64,000 nucleotides of DNA, taken from assembly GCA_030390025.1 (NCBI GenBank), contig CM059431.1:128776001-128840000 (forward strand). Reading direction: 5' to 3'. Below the pieces are notes generated by a model that was not told the origin of the DNA, searched no databases, and saw only the letters and a list, made by a program, of their open reading frames with translations. Position numbers and translations under genes: made by a program. This document shows positions 1 through 12,428 of this stretch, piece by piece; the first letter of the stretch is position 1; each line of letters begins with the position of its first letter. The DNA comes from Squalus acanthias (taxonomy: Eukaryota).

Positions 1-246
1 CATCAAGAGCCCCCCACCCCACCCCCACCACTGTCCAGGAGAAAGAGGAAGACGACTCCTCAGAGCAGCCTCCAGCCTCTGTGGGCGCACCATCACCAGA
101 TATATGCGCACCCAGCACCAGCGCAGATACGCTCACTCGGTGGGTCACAAGCGAGATAGAATAGTGTTGGAACCTGGTGCCCCACAAGTCGCAAGTGAGC
201 AAGAGCAGATGGTGGAATCAGGGACAGCAGTGGAGGCAGCCGGAGG

Positions 247-882
247 GTGCAGGACGCTCCCAGCTCTGCTCAGCTGCATGCAGACGCTGAGCCTCGGGGG
301 CCATCCAGAAAGAGGGTGATCCTGGAGGTACAGCAAGAAGTGCAGGAGGCTTTGACAGGTTTTGTGAGCGCGATGTGTAAAAACGTTCAGAGAATGGAGG
401 AGTCCATCTCCAACATGAGCACCACTGTGTTGCAGGCGATGGCGACTGTAGGCTCTTCCATGGATAGAATGGCCACCTGCATGGAGCAGCTAATGCGCCA
501 CTCACAGGAGCACATAATCCCTATGGAGAACAGATGGCAGAGGTTCATAGACCTCCTATCTAGGAGGGATGTCAGTGTAGACGTGGGTCCTCATGGCCCC
601 ACTGCTTTGCAACAAGGTGCTCCCCAGTTCCTTGCTAGCAGGGAAGTGCGAGTGGCCCATGAGAGGGATGATGATGAGAGGGAACATGCAAGTGGGGGCG
701 CCACTCAGAGCACTTACACTTCTCAACCATTGCCACCCTCTCAGTCAGAGCCCCAGATGACTCCTCAGATAGCGATGGCTGAGTCTGCCCCTGCACAGTT
801 GCAGGAGGAGCAGACTTTGGCGGGGTCATCAGAAGCTCCAAAATCCAGAGGACATCTGCCAAAAGCATCTAAGCATTCGTAG
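247..882 (+). pseudogene. Last exon (coiled-coil and basic tail) of Harbinger Myb/SANT-like protein
   Basis: Homologous to ORFs 26675-27142 and 43052-43963 (SAQLH..P.GPS...LE.QEE.QEAL..FV...V.RMEESI.NMS), which are spliced to Myb/SANT exons. Confidence 0.8.
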
Positions 883-1269
883 TAGGGAAGTGAGCAGTCT
901 GCCTCTACCTCTGCTGAAGCCACAGGGGTAGCACCTTGTAGAAGCACGCATAAGAGAAAGGTGAATCATAAGTAGAATCACAAGGGTAGCCACTTGGGTG
1001 TTTTGTTGAATGATTCTGTAAAGTTTCCATTACTGTAATGTCACACATAACAATCTTCATTTTCACCACTTTCCAATGGACAAATTTGTGAGCACCTTTG
1101 GAAGTGGCTTAGTGAGTTGGAGTGAATGGTGAGACATAACATTACCTCCAGCAATGGTGGTCAGTGTGAAAGAATGGCTTGGTCATTGTAGGGAGGCTTT
1201 ATGGTGTTGCTGTGGGGTGGTGCCAACCTGGCACAGCATGTGGCAGCCATATGGGTGTAATGCATAAAA

Positions 1270-2483
1270 TTAAGTAAATCTGGCCATGATGAGCCCATCC
1301 CTGGCCTCTCGGGCAGTAATGTGCTCGGGTGCTGGTGGGATCTGGACTGCAGGTTCCTCCAGCTCATCCTCCTCTTCATCCTCTGAAGAGGCTGTGTGCT
1401 CAGTGCCTTGCTCCTCATGCAGCGCTAATCCTCACTGCTGTGCTATGTTGTGCAGGGCGCAGCAGACCACGACAATTCTGGAGACCCTGGCCAGTGCGTA
1501 CTGAAGGGCTCCTCCAGATCTGTCAAGGCATCTGAAGCGCATTTTCAGCATGCCTATTGTCTGCTCTATGACACATCTGGTGGAAATTTGGCTTTCATTA
1601 TAGCTCTCCTGTGCCTCAGTACTTGGCCTCCTCAAGGGTCTCATGAGCCACATCTTCAGTGGATCGCCCTTGTCTCCAAGCAGCCAGCCGGAAAGTCTGT
1701 TTGGAGGAACAAAGAGCTGAGGGAGGGTGGACAGGCACAGGACGAAAGAGTCATGACGGACGCCAGGAAATTTTGCGCGCACATGCATGATGATCTTCCT
1801 ATGGTTGCAGACCAGCTGCACATTGAGGGAGTGGAAGCCTCTGTGGTTGACAAAGACTCCTGGGTGATGATGGGATGCCCTGATGACCACATGTGTGCAG
1901 TCGATGATGCCCTGCACCCGTGAGAAGCCAGCCAGAGTGGCAAAGCCGAGCGCCCGCTCAGTAACACTGGCTTCATCAGTGGCAAAGTTGAGATAATTGG
2001 CTGACTTGTCAAACAGGGCATTGGTGACCTGTGTGATGCATCTGTGGCCGGCCGTCTGTGATACGCCACTAATGCCCACTGCAGATCCCTGGAAGGAGCC
2101 TGAGGCGAAGAAGTTGAGAGCGCTGGTGACTTGACAGCCACTGGTCAGGCGTGTCCACCGGCTAATTTGAGCTGCAGGTCTTACTCCAGCAATGTGCAAA
2201 TGTCTGCGATGACCTGACGCGATAGCCTGAGCCTCCTTTTTGCACTGCTGCTCAGTCATGTTGAGGAAGCTCATCCTCTGCCTGTATACCCTGTGTTGGG
2301 TTATTGCCTCCCGCACGGAGCAGCCCTGCGCTGATGCCCTCTGTCCTGTGCAGCATCAGGTGTTTGAGGAGAAGGTTGGTGCTGTTGTTGTTGGTGCTGC
2401 TGTTGTGCCTGGTGCTGCTGGTGTTGGGGCTCATCGTGGTCCGATCCTGAGGACCAAGGTGAGACAGTATAAATGGCACCAAT
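1270..2483 (-). pseudogene. Harbinger DDE transposase (HARBI1-like), frameshifted
   Basis: Motifs [68 protein letters not shown]. The Q/H-rich N-terminus is in another frame. Confidence 0.92.
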
Positions 2484-3158
2484 GCTGATGTAATAGATGG
2501 TAGGTCAAGTAGAGATGACAGAAGCAATCTGTCAATGATGTGATAGATTCTACCAATGAGGTGCCACTGGATGGCGACTTTGCTGGAAACACTTCCAGCC
2601 TCTAGAAAGCTAAATCTGTGCTGGCAATGCAATCAGCAATAGCTTCTGCCTGAGATAAGTGATCAGCTGTGAGGTGGGAGTTTTGAATGTACTTTCCATG
2701 CTGTGCACTGATCAGCTGGATCAATGGCCACTGAGCTTCCACCTCAGGTTGACAGACATGGTTCTCGAGATGCGTGATTCCCATGGTCATCCAGTGAAAT
2801 TTGAAAGGTAGGGTTAAAAAGGATCTGACAAGTACCTAATAATGATTTAAATTAGCTCGCCCGCCCTTGCCGTTCGGGTCACTGCCGCGCTGGCAAATGT
2901 GCCTGAGCGAAAGGCATGTGGGGGCGGGATGATGGCGGGTTCCTGACCCGCTGCAAGATATTTCAAATTTCCCACCCGACCCGCCTCCAATCGCGCCTGC
3001 ACCAACCCCAGAAAATTCTGACCATAGTCTGGGGCAATTCAAAATATCTGGTGTGGGGATTAGACACAGGAAATGAGATTGCTTTCCTCCAGGTAGTAAC
3101 GATTGCGTTCATAGAATTACTGGTCAGAAAATGTATATTTAGCCCACTCTTAGGGATA

Positions 3159-3827
3159 GGGCTAGAAATTGGGTATCTTTGCGCCTCCCATTCATGCCCC
3201 CAGTAGGCATTCACGGGGTGCAGAGGCCCAGCGCCCGGGCGCAGCGCCACTAATGCCTTCCGTGAAATTCAACGGGAGGTTAACGGCGGCGGTAGCTGGT
3301 AGTGCCCGGCTCCGCTGCGCCGGCGATGATGACGTCATCGCCGTGCGCAGATCCCTGTTTACACCCTGGCTGCAAACTTCCCTTGCACCGGGCGATATGT
3401 GCGACAGGATGAGGGGGCGGTTCTGCAGCAGCGGTAGCGGGCGGCGGCACAATTTAAAGGACAGGTGTCCTTTTTTATTTTGGTCAACTGCCAGCACCTG
3501 CCCCCTTTCACATTTGTACGCGGGGTGCCGGCCGCGATCATTCAGCCCGGCACTCCTTTTGAGTGCTGGGCTGTTTCCACGGTACCCCGCTCCCTGGTGG
3601 GCCAGCAGGGCTTCGGTGCGCACAGCGCTAGGCCCCTCCCTTTAATCAGGGGAGGAGGCCTGCAATGACGCGTCACTACATGCCGCCGTGTGTGGTGTGG
3701 CTTCCAGTTGCGCCACACCTCCTTCTTGGGGTGCTACTACTGAATTTACAGAGTAGGGGCGCTAATTTTTTCGGGGCGCTAAAATTAGTGTCCCGACGAG
3801 GTTAGCACCCAACCCAATTTTTCCCCC
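3159..3827. mobile_element. Harbinger-type MITE
   Basis: Imperfect TIRs GGGCTAGAAATTGGG / CCCAATTTTTCCCC; GC/CpG-rich interior rich in GGGGCGCTA motifs. Confidence 0.7.
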
Positions 3828-4576
3828 TATGTGAAACGTTTGCTACTTTCTATGTCACAAAGCGAGTTGAAAAATAAACTGTAATTCATAGCTTATTTTA
3901 TGATTTGTAAAATGAACAGTTATTTGATTTATTTTAATATTACACAGTATAATGCTCCAGTTCATTTAAAACAGCATCATCTTTGATTTATTGTTAGCAA
4001 TTCCATAGGCGGTTCACTAGTATGCAAATATTTCTTTCATAATAATAGCACAAAATACGTGTAAGCCAGACCACCTTATAAAAGTTCCTTCCCATTGATG
4101 CGATCAATATTGATTTGAATTTGAGGGTTTACTATGAGCCCAGTGATGTAGGATAACAATGGCAACATATCCAGTGGCAAGGAAGAACAATGGCAGCGTA
4201 GATAAAGTAGATGAGACAGAAACAGTGGTGGCAGAAAAGCAAGCAAGTGTTGCATGAAGGCCAGTGCGGTAATGAGATCACCCCATTAACAGATTCTCTC
4301 TCGCCCAATGAATCCATCTAGTACAAAGCTGCCCCTAATTGAGCCCTCCAGTGACAGGATTGATATATAAGCTCCATAAGCATCATGTTACAGATTTAGG
4401 ATCTCCTCAGGGAGTCTTGCCCACTGGCAGCACAGACTCAAAATGATATCTTGTGCTCACAAAAGGAAGCAGACATTTGGAATCAAACTTGAAACATTCT
4501 GCAGACAATCTCCTGAGACCTGTTGTTGAAATAGACTGCAAAGCTTTACATGGTATCAGAACCGAGATGGAAATAA

Positions 4577-5289
4577 GGGGGATAAATTGGGTGGCACGCT
4601 GTCATTTGGGGCGCTAAGTTTAAAAAGTTGAAAAAATTAGCACCAGGCGCTAATGTTTTTCAACTTTAAAAAAATTCGGTGTTTGCACTCCACTTCCTGC
4701 CTGGAGCACAACAGGGAGCAGGCGGGGCGGTAGGTGGGCCGAGCAGCGCTGCCACATTGGAAGGCTCCTTCCCTCCCTTAAAGGGAAGGGCCATCGCTGC
4801 AGGCTCTGCAAGAGGAAAACTTACCTGGTCCCCAACAGCAGCCGCGATCCGGCCCGATCAGCCCGATGCACTGCAGCAGAGTGCTGGGCTGATCGATCAC
4901 TGGCAAAAGAAAATGAAAAAAAAACCAGAAAGAGCATTTCACAATTTCTTTCACTTATCTCAGCCACCTCACCTTTCAGTATCGCCCCGAAGCGCCCGGC
5001 CTCCCGATGAACACCTCCTGCAGCTGCCGGTGTTTTCGCCCGGTGATGCTGCGGGGGGTGAAATCGAAATTCGGGTCCGGGGCGCTACCGGCGTGATGCA
5101 CAGGGCAATGACATCATGATCTCCGGGCAAAGGAGATCAGGGCGCAACGCCATACCGCCGCCGTAAACCTCCCGCCGAATATAACGGGAGTCGATCATCT
5201 CGCCGCGCCCGGTCGGCAAGTGCTTAGTGCCCCGTTATCACCCCCTGGAGGCAATAACGGGAGGCGCTAAGAAGGCCAATTTCTAGGCC
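4577..5289. mobile_element. Harbinger-type MITE (one end shared with 58796-59218)
   Basis: TIRs GGGGGATAAATTGG / CCAATTTCTAGGCC; 4609-4690 matches the reverse complement of about 59110-59190. Confidence 0.7.
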
Positions 5290-5299
5290 AGAGGGTTTT

Positions 5300-5640
5300 T
5301 AGCTCCCAGGTCATGAAACTAAAAGCTAATATTGTGGAAGAATGGAAAAAAATGGGAGCAGCTATTTGAAATATATACAAACGCATCTGGCCTAGCAGAC
5401 GAGCCAGACAGCGTGCCAGCCAATACTTTACTTCATACAATATGTGAGGAAGCAATAGAGATGTATAATACATTTGCATCTGGTGAGGGAGAGGATAAAT
5501 GAAGCCTGAAAATGTAATGGACAAGTTTGAAGATACTTCACGCCTTATAAGAAACATGACGTACAAATAAAAATTTGTTTAAACTCAAGGAAAAAGTATT
5601 AGCCAATAATGATTTGACTAAAATATATAAAGCCAAAGCA
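5300..5640 (+). pseudogene. Decayed Gypsy-like gag N-terminus
   Basis: Translates N.VEEWKKW..LF.IY-like. Appears to continue after the CR1 insertion with a protease-like remnant (WTTAFKINNKAV.FKLD) near 7580-7640. Confidence 0.45.
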
Positions 5641-5649
5641 ACACGGCAA

Positions 5650-7467
5650 CAAGTATGTAAAAAGGAAGAGAGTAGCAAAAGTAAACATTGGTCCCTTAGA
5701 GGCTGAGACAGGAGAAATCATTATGGGGAATAAGGAAATGGCAGAAACGTTCAACAAATATATTGTATCTGTCTTCACAGTTGAAGACACAAAAAGCATA
5801 ACAAAAATGGTGGGGATCCAAGCATCTAATGAGGGTGAGGAACTTAACGTAATTAATATAAGTAGAGAAAAAGTACTAGAGAAACTAATGGAAATAAAAG
5901 CCGACAAATCCCCTGGACCTGACGGCCTACATCCTAGGGTTCTAAAAGAGTTGGCTGCAGAGATAGTGGATGCATTGGTTTTCTTCCAAAATTCCCTAGA
6001 TTCTAGAATGGTCCCAGCGGATTGGAAGGTAACAAATGTAACACCGCTATTCAAGAAAGAAGGGAGAGAGAAAACAGGAAACTACAGGCTAGTTAGCCTG
6101 ACATAGGTCATCAGGAAAATACTGGAATCCATTGTTAAGGAAGTGGTATCAGGGCACTTAGAAAATCATAACATGATTAGGCAGAGTCAACATGGTTTTA
6201 TGAAAGGGAAATTGTGTTTGACAAATGTATTAGAGTTTTTTGATGGTATAACTAGCAGGGTAGATAAAGGGGAACCAGTGGATGTAGTATATTTGGATTT
6301 TCAAAAGGCATTCGATCAGGTGCCACATATTAGGTTATTACACAAGATAAGGGCTCATGGGGTTGGGTGTAATATAGTAGCATGGATAGAGAATTGGTTA
6401 ACAGACAGAAAACAGAGAGTAGGGATAAACAGGTCTTTTTCAGGTTGGCATGCTGTAACTAGTGGGGTGCCGCAAGGATCAGTGCTGGGGCCTCAGCTAT
6501 TTACAATCTATATTAATGACCTAGATGAAGGGACCGAGTGTAATGTATCCAAGTTTGTTGACGATACAAAGCTAGGTGGGACAGTAAGCTGTGAGGAGAA
6601 CACAAAGAGTCTGCAAAGGGATATAGATAGACTAAGTGAGTGGGCAGTAAGGTGACAGATGGAGTATAATGTAGGGAAATGTGAGGTTATTCACTTTGAT
6701 AGGAAGAATAGAAAAACAGAATATTTTTTAAATGGTGAGAAACTTTCAAATGTTGGTGTTCAGCGAGATTTGGGTATCCTCATGCAAGAAACACAGAATG
6801 CTAGCATACAGGTATAGCAAGCAATAAGGAAGGCAAATGTCATGTTGGCCTTTATTGCAAGGGGGTTGGAGTATAAGAGTAAGGAAGTCTTGCTACAATT
6901 ATGCAGGGCCTTGGTGAGACCACACCTGGAGTACTGTGCACAGTTTTAGTCTCCTTATCTAAGGAAGGATATACTTGCCTTGGAGGCAGTGCAATGAAGG
7001 TTCACTAGATTGATTCCTGGGATGAGAGGGCTGTCCTATGATGAGAGATTATGTAGAATGGGCCTATACTCTCTGGAGTTTAGAAGAATGAGAGGTGATC
7101 TCATTGAAACATACAAGATTCTGAAGGGGATTGCCAGGGTAGATGCTGAGTGGTTGTTTCCCCTGGCTGGAGTGTCTAGATCTAGGGGGCATAGTCTCAG
7201 GATAAGGGATAGGCCATTTAAGACTGAGATGAGGAGGAATTTATTCACTCAGAGAGTTGTAAATCTTTGGCATTCTCTGCCCCAGAGGGCTGTGGATGCT
7301 GAATCTTTGAGTATATTCAAGGCTGAGTTAGATAGATTTTTGGACTCTAGGGCAATCAAGGGATATGGAGATCGGGCGGGAAAGTGGAGTTGAGGTCGAT
7401 GATCAGCCATGATCTTATTAGGTGCCCGTATGGCCAACTCCTGCTCTTATTTCTTATGTCCTTATGT
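5650..7467 (+). mobile_element. CR1 LINE, 5'-truncated, decayed ORF2 RT
   Basis: [42 protein letters not shown]; 3' tail CTTATTTCTTATGTCCTTATGT. Confidence 0.93.
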
Positions 7468-8049
7468 AACACCATTTTTGTTCGACAAAAAATAAATAAA
7501 AACAGAAATTTCATAAAGTGAAAAAACTAAAAGTGCGAATGTTTTTTATGGCTATGATTCATACAGCAGACGATGTTGAATGGACAACAGCCTTTAAGAT
7601 AAATAATAAAGCTGTTGTTTTAAGCTAGACATGAAAGCTCAATATACTGTGGTTTTCAAAAAATCTACATACAAAATAGTCCAGGTCTAAAGCAAAGATA
7701 ATGATTTACTCTGGCCATAATATTAAGCCAATAGTAATGTGGTGTGTGAATATCAAGATAAATTTCAAAGTCTTGAATTCCCACACCTGGAAAGGTGAGT
7801 ATGGCCAGTTATCGGACTTTGAGCATTCCAGCAGTTTGGATTGATTGAAGGAATTGATGAAGTCACAAGCAATAAATACCTAATAGTGACAGAGAAGTAT
7901 ACTGATGAAGTTAAATGCTAGAGATGCAAAGCAGGAAAGCAGAGCATATGACGAAAACCAGAGGATAAACCAGTCATACATCCACCAAGGGAATTGGCAG
8001 TCGTGCTTTGTAATACAGTTTGTGATGAGCCGTATGCACTGTAAAAACT

Positions 8050-8595
8050 CCATTCCCTTTTCCCCTTTACCTGCCTCTTCTTACCAGTTGATTTGGGGTA
8101 GACAAAATCTCCAATGATTATTATTCTAGATCTTTTACTCATTTCATAGCTTTGCTTACATATTTTTTCCTCCACCTCTCTTCCACTATTATCTAGTCTG
8201 TGGAATACCTCTATTAGCGTGATCAATCCCTTCTTATCTTTTATCTCAACCCGTATGGATTCTGTTTCTATTGTACTGTTAGTTACATTGCTTTTTTCTA
8301 CTGCCATTATGTTATCTGTAATTAGTACAGCTACTCCACTCTCCCTCCTTCCTTCCCTATCCTTTCCAAATATGTTCTAACCTGCAATATTTAATGGCCA
8401 GGACTGTTCTTTCTTTAGCCATGTTTCAGTTATCCCAACTAGATCTGGTTCCTCGCTATGTATTATTGCCTCCAGTTCCCCCATTTTATTTCGGACGCTG
8501 TGCACATTGCTGTACAGGCAATTTAATTCATTTTTATTAGTCGTTCCTCTCACTTTATTTTTAACAGTCTTTTTATACTTCTGTTCTATAACTGT
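8050..8595 (-). mobile_element. CR1 APE endonuclease fragment (target of the LTR element)
   Basis: CLYSNVHSVRNKMGELE, DLVGITETWL, ESIRVEI, IIIGDF.YP. Confidence 0.85.
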
Positions 8596-8745
8596 TGTAA
8601 AATTCGCAATTATCGCGATTCGAAATAACGAGACAAAGCAGATTCGTTTCACCAGCTTTATTTCAACGAAATGCTGTCATGATTAAACAGAAATGAGAAG
8701 TCGCACAACACCAGGCTATAGTCCAACAGATTTATTTAATTTTAC

Positions 8746-8776
8746 AAGCTTTCGGAGCTGTCGCTCCTTCTTCAGG
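8746..8776 (-). ncRNA. Minimal hammerhead ribozyme motif (inverted pLTR copy)
   Basis: Reverse complement reads CCTGAAGA-A-GGAGC-GACA-GCTCC-GAAA-GCTT. Confidence 0.75.
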
Positions 8777-8946
8777 TAGGGTAGCTGTGAGAGAATCTCC
8801 CAGAATTCACAATATAAACACAGAAAAAATGTATTCAAATCAAAATCAAATCAAAACAACGCAACGCCATCCACGCTCTCAAGACCAACCGCAACATCGT
8901 CATCAAACCAGCGGACAAAGGAGGAGCCATCGTTATACAGAACAGA

Positions 8947-10706
8947 ATGGACTATTGCAAAGAAGCATACCGACAACTGGACAACCAGGAACACTACAGA
9001 CAGCTACCCGCAGATCCGACCAAAGAACACACCCGCCAACTCAATAGACTGATCAAGACCTTCGATCCAGACCTTCAAAACATCCTACGCGCTCTCATCC
9101 CACGTACTCCCCGCGTAGGAGACTTTTACTGCCTCCCAAAGATACACAAAGCCAACACACCCAGACGTCCTATCGTATCAGGCAACGGAACCCTGTGTGA
9201 GAACCTCTCTGGGTACGTCGAGGGCATCCTGAAACCCATCGTACAGGGAACCCCCAGCTTCTGTCGCGACACTACAGACTTCTTGCAGAAACTCAGCACC
9301 CATGGACCAGTTGAACCAGGAACACTCCTCGTCACGATGGACGTATCGGCACTCTACACCAATATCCCCCACAATGACGGCATCGCTGCGACAGCCTCAG
9401 TACTCAACACCAACAACAGCCAATCTCCGGATGCCATCCTACAACTCATCCGCTTCATCCTTGACCACAATGTCTTCACCTTCGACAACCATTTTTTTAC
9501 CCAAACACACGGAACAGCCATGGGGACCAAATTCGCACCCCAATACGCCAACATCTTCATGCACAAGTTCGAGCAAGACTTCTTCGCTGCACGGGACCTC
9601 CAAACAACGCTGTACACCAGATACATCGACGACATCTTCTTCCTTTGGACCCATGGCGAAGGATCACTGAAAGGACTACACGATAGCATCAACAGGTTCC
9701 ATCCCACCATCAAACTCACCATGGAGTACTCCTCAGAATTGGTTTCATTCTTGGACACACGAATCTCCATCAAAGACGGACGCCTCAGCACTTCACTCTA
9801 CCGCAAGCCCACGGACAACCTCACGATGCTCCACTTCTCCAGCTTCCACCCTAACCACGTTAAAGAAGCCATCCCCTATGGACAAGCCCTGCGAATACAC
9901 AGGATCTGCTCAGACGAGGAGGAACGCGATGGACACCTACGGACACTGAAAGACGCCCTCGTAAGAACGGGATATGACGCTCGACTCGTCGATCGACAGT
10001 TCCGACGGGCCACAGCGAAAAACCGCATAGACCTCCTCAGAAGACGAACACGGGACACAACCAACAGAGTACCCTACGTCGTCCAGTACTTCCCCGGAGC
10101 GGAAAAACTACGCCATGTTCTTCGCAGCCTTCAACATGTCATCGATGACGACGAACACCTTGCTAAGGCCATCCCCATGCCTCCACTACTCGCCTTCAAG
10201 CAGCCGCCTAACCTCAAAAGTACCATCGTTCGCAGCAGATTACCCATCTTTCAGGAGAACAGCAACCACGACACCACACAACCCTGCCACGGCAACCTCT
10301 GCAAGACATGCCAGATCATGGACACAGATACCATCATCACACGTGAGGACACTACCCACCAGGTACATGGTACATACTCATGTGACTCGGCCAACATTGT
10401 CTACCTGATACGTTGCAGTAAAGGATGCGCCAGAGCATGGTACATCGGCGAGACCATGCAGACACTGAGACAACGTATGAACGGACACCGCGCAACAATC
10501 GCCAGGCAGGAGGGTTGCCTCCCAGTCGGGGAACACTTCAGCAGTCAGGGGCATTCAACCTCGGATCTGCGGGTAAGCGTTCTCCAAGGCGGCCTTCAGA
10601 TACACGACAGCGCAAAATCATAGAGCAGAAACTGATAGCCAAGTTCCGCACTCATGAGGATGGCCTCAATCGCGATATCGGGTTCATGTCACGATACAGA
10701 ACGTGA
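8947..10706 (+). pseudogene. Penelope RT + GIY-YIG endonuclease ORF (5'-truncated, one frameshift near 10600)
   Basis: Upstream in-frame IKPADKGG; LPKIHK, RPIVS, MDVSALYTNIP, GTAMG, RYIDD, FLD; C-terminal CxxC, IVYLIRC..WYIGET, GLN. Confidence 0.95.
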
Positions 10707-10938
10707 CTTGACATCATGGCCGGTCTTTCCAGGTTTTTTTTAAAAAAAACTAACACAAGAACCAACACAAATGGAGAGGATATGCAGCCAGCAGGTGTTT
10801 TGACACGTTGGACCCCCTGGGACACATCTCATTGTCTTGGCTGTGCTCTTAGTGTGTCTTTGATGTAGGGAAAGATTTGAATACATTTTTTCTGTGTTTA
10901 TATTGTAAATTCTGGGAGATTCTCTCACAGCTACCCTA

Positions 10939-10969
10939 CCTGAAGAAGGAGCGACAGCTCCGAAAGCTT
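10939..10969 (+). ncRNA. Minimal hammerhead ribozyme motif in Penelope pLTR
   Basis: CUGANGA core (10940-10946), stem II GGAGC/GCTCC, GAAA core, palindromic AAGCTT in place of stem III. Confidence 0.8.
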
Positions 10970-11971
10970 GTAAAATTAAATAAATCTGTTGGACTATAAC
11001 CTGGTGTTGTGCGACTTCTCATTGTTGTCCACCCCAGTCCAATGCCGGCATCTCCACATCATGATTAAACAGGACACAGAAGCCTGTAAAATGGCCGCCG
11101 CGCCTCGTGGCAGAAGCTTCCAGAATTTTCAGTGGGCAGACAAGATGGCGTTCGAATAAACATTTCAGTATAAGATTGGATAATACGCAGCAAACACTGA
11201 TAAAGACAGGATGCAACCTGTCTGCATTCGACACAATAGCAAAGATATAAGTGCTGGAATCATTTTCCATGCACAAGTAAGGACCATTGTACTGGGCAAT
11301 CGAAGGCCCATCCAGATACATCAATACGCAAATTCCCCACGGCTCTACAATGAGAGAGCCATTCTCGGGTGATTAAGTCAGTATTCGAGGAGGCCCCAAA
11401 ACCAGTCAGGGAGACTCCTAGCCGGTTCGACAATGGGGAAAACATTAATGGATAGTTGGCCAGTTTAAGGTGCTACCGAAATCCATTAAAGGAAAGAATC
11501 GCCCCATGCTGGGAGTTTTGTGCACCAGTATTACACAAAGGACAAACATCAAGATTTGAGCGGGAGATAAGGGAACACAGCATTATAACTATAGTGAACA
11601 AATGTCCATCGCTCTCTTGACTGTTTTATCTCGCTGATGACTGCTGAACTTTTATTCTCCTATTCTGATCCTCGGGTATCGCTCTGCTGGACGAGCTGCT
11701 TTCTGTTTTTCTCTGGACTCTGTTGACTATGTTGGGTGGAGCTCGAACGGAACGAGCCGCCTCGACGAAGGCCAGTGACCGGGTGCACCATCCCGAGAGT
11801 CGGTAAACTTTGTCTGGACCCGAAGAGACGAGACGAGATGAGACGAGAAGAAGAGGAGAAGAATCCACGTACCGCCACGGTCAGTAAACCCCGACCGCGC
11901 CCGAAAATACAAGAAAGAACTGCAGCGAAACGAGCCGAGTGCCTCGTTTAAAATTCTCCGAAGTATCACGA

Positions 11972-11980
11972 GTGGTGAGC
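11972..11980 (+). promoter_or_regulatory. Candidate major splice donor inside the LTR (GTG|GTGAGC)
   Basis: Consensus-like donor between the TATA-like box (about 11584) and AATAAA (12186); the same motif is present in the solo LTR. Confidence 0.5.
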
Positions 11981-12185
11981 ATGTTTCCCGATTCTACAAA
12001 TCTAGATTAGTGTAGGTATTGATAGGGGAGGGTGGTTTTATTAAGGATAAATATAATGTGTTCCCCTTTTTACGATGTGCCGTGCGTTCCTCATTACCCT
12101 AGACCAAGTTTTATGAATGTATGTATACTTGTACTGTCATTAATTTGTGCCTATGACATGTACTTCATGATTTTGGACGTTATGC

Positions 12186-12191
12186 AATAAA
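12186..12191 (+). terminator. LTR polyadenylation signal AATAAA (copy at 19581-19586)
   Basis: Canonical hexamer about 235 nt before the LTR end, followed by GT/T-rich sequence. Confidence 0.65.
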
Positions 12192-12428
12192 GATTTCCAT
12201 TTCGTACTATTCAACTGGGTCTAGTTGAGTTTTTCTCTGCATTACTGCTCTCGCACCTAAGTCCAGTGTTAGAACCGTAAGGGCGAGTGGGTCGAACCAC
12301 TCACAGGTGCTTATTGCAACAAGGCTGGCCGGAGACCAGAGCAAGCAATAGTATTAGGCAACGAAGGCCTAACCCCGCACCAGCACCGGCTGCGATACAA
12401 GCACCGACGACCGAACCCCTTACAGAAA

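Larger units (their letters stand above)
1..3023. mobile_element. PIF/Harbinger DNA transposon, right part (convergent Myb/SANT gene and transposase); left end lies outside the window
   Basis: HARBI1-like transposase on minus and Myb-partner last exon on plus. Terminus ...GAAAATTCTGACC followed by ATA resembles the other Harbinger termini in the window. Confidence 0.85.
8691..11058 (+). mobile_element. Penelope-like element (GIY-YIG PLE), 5'-truncated with inverted partial pseudo-LTR
   Basis: RT plus GIY-YIG ORF. 8692-8841 is an inverted copy of 10874-11023. Flanked by a duplication TCATGATTAAACAG (8677-8690 and 11059-11072) that is single-copy in the 3' LTR. Confidence 0.95.
8596..12424 (+). 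repeat. 5' LTR (8596-8690 plus 11073-12424), interrupted by Penelope
   Basis: Near-identical to 18368-19819; starts TGTAAAATTCG and ends CCCCTTACA. Confidence 0.95.

Noticed and set aside
1270..2483. Host domesticated HARBI1 gene
   Set aside because: Frameshifted, flanked by a TIR and a Myb partner, and multi-copy in the window.
3159..5289. CpG-island promoter and GC-rich ORFs
   Set aside because: The CpG-rich blocks are bounded by TIRs and recur elsewhere as MITEs.
11019..11969. Short ORFs in the LTR (repeated at 18430-19367) as accessory genes
   Set aside because: Repeated only because the LTR is duplicated; an 8-bp indel shifts frames between copies and there is no recognisable domain.
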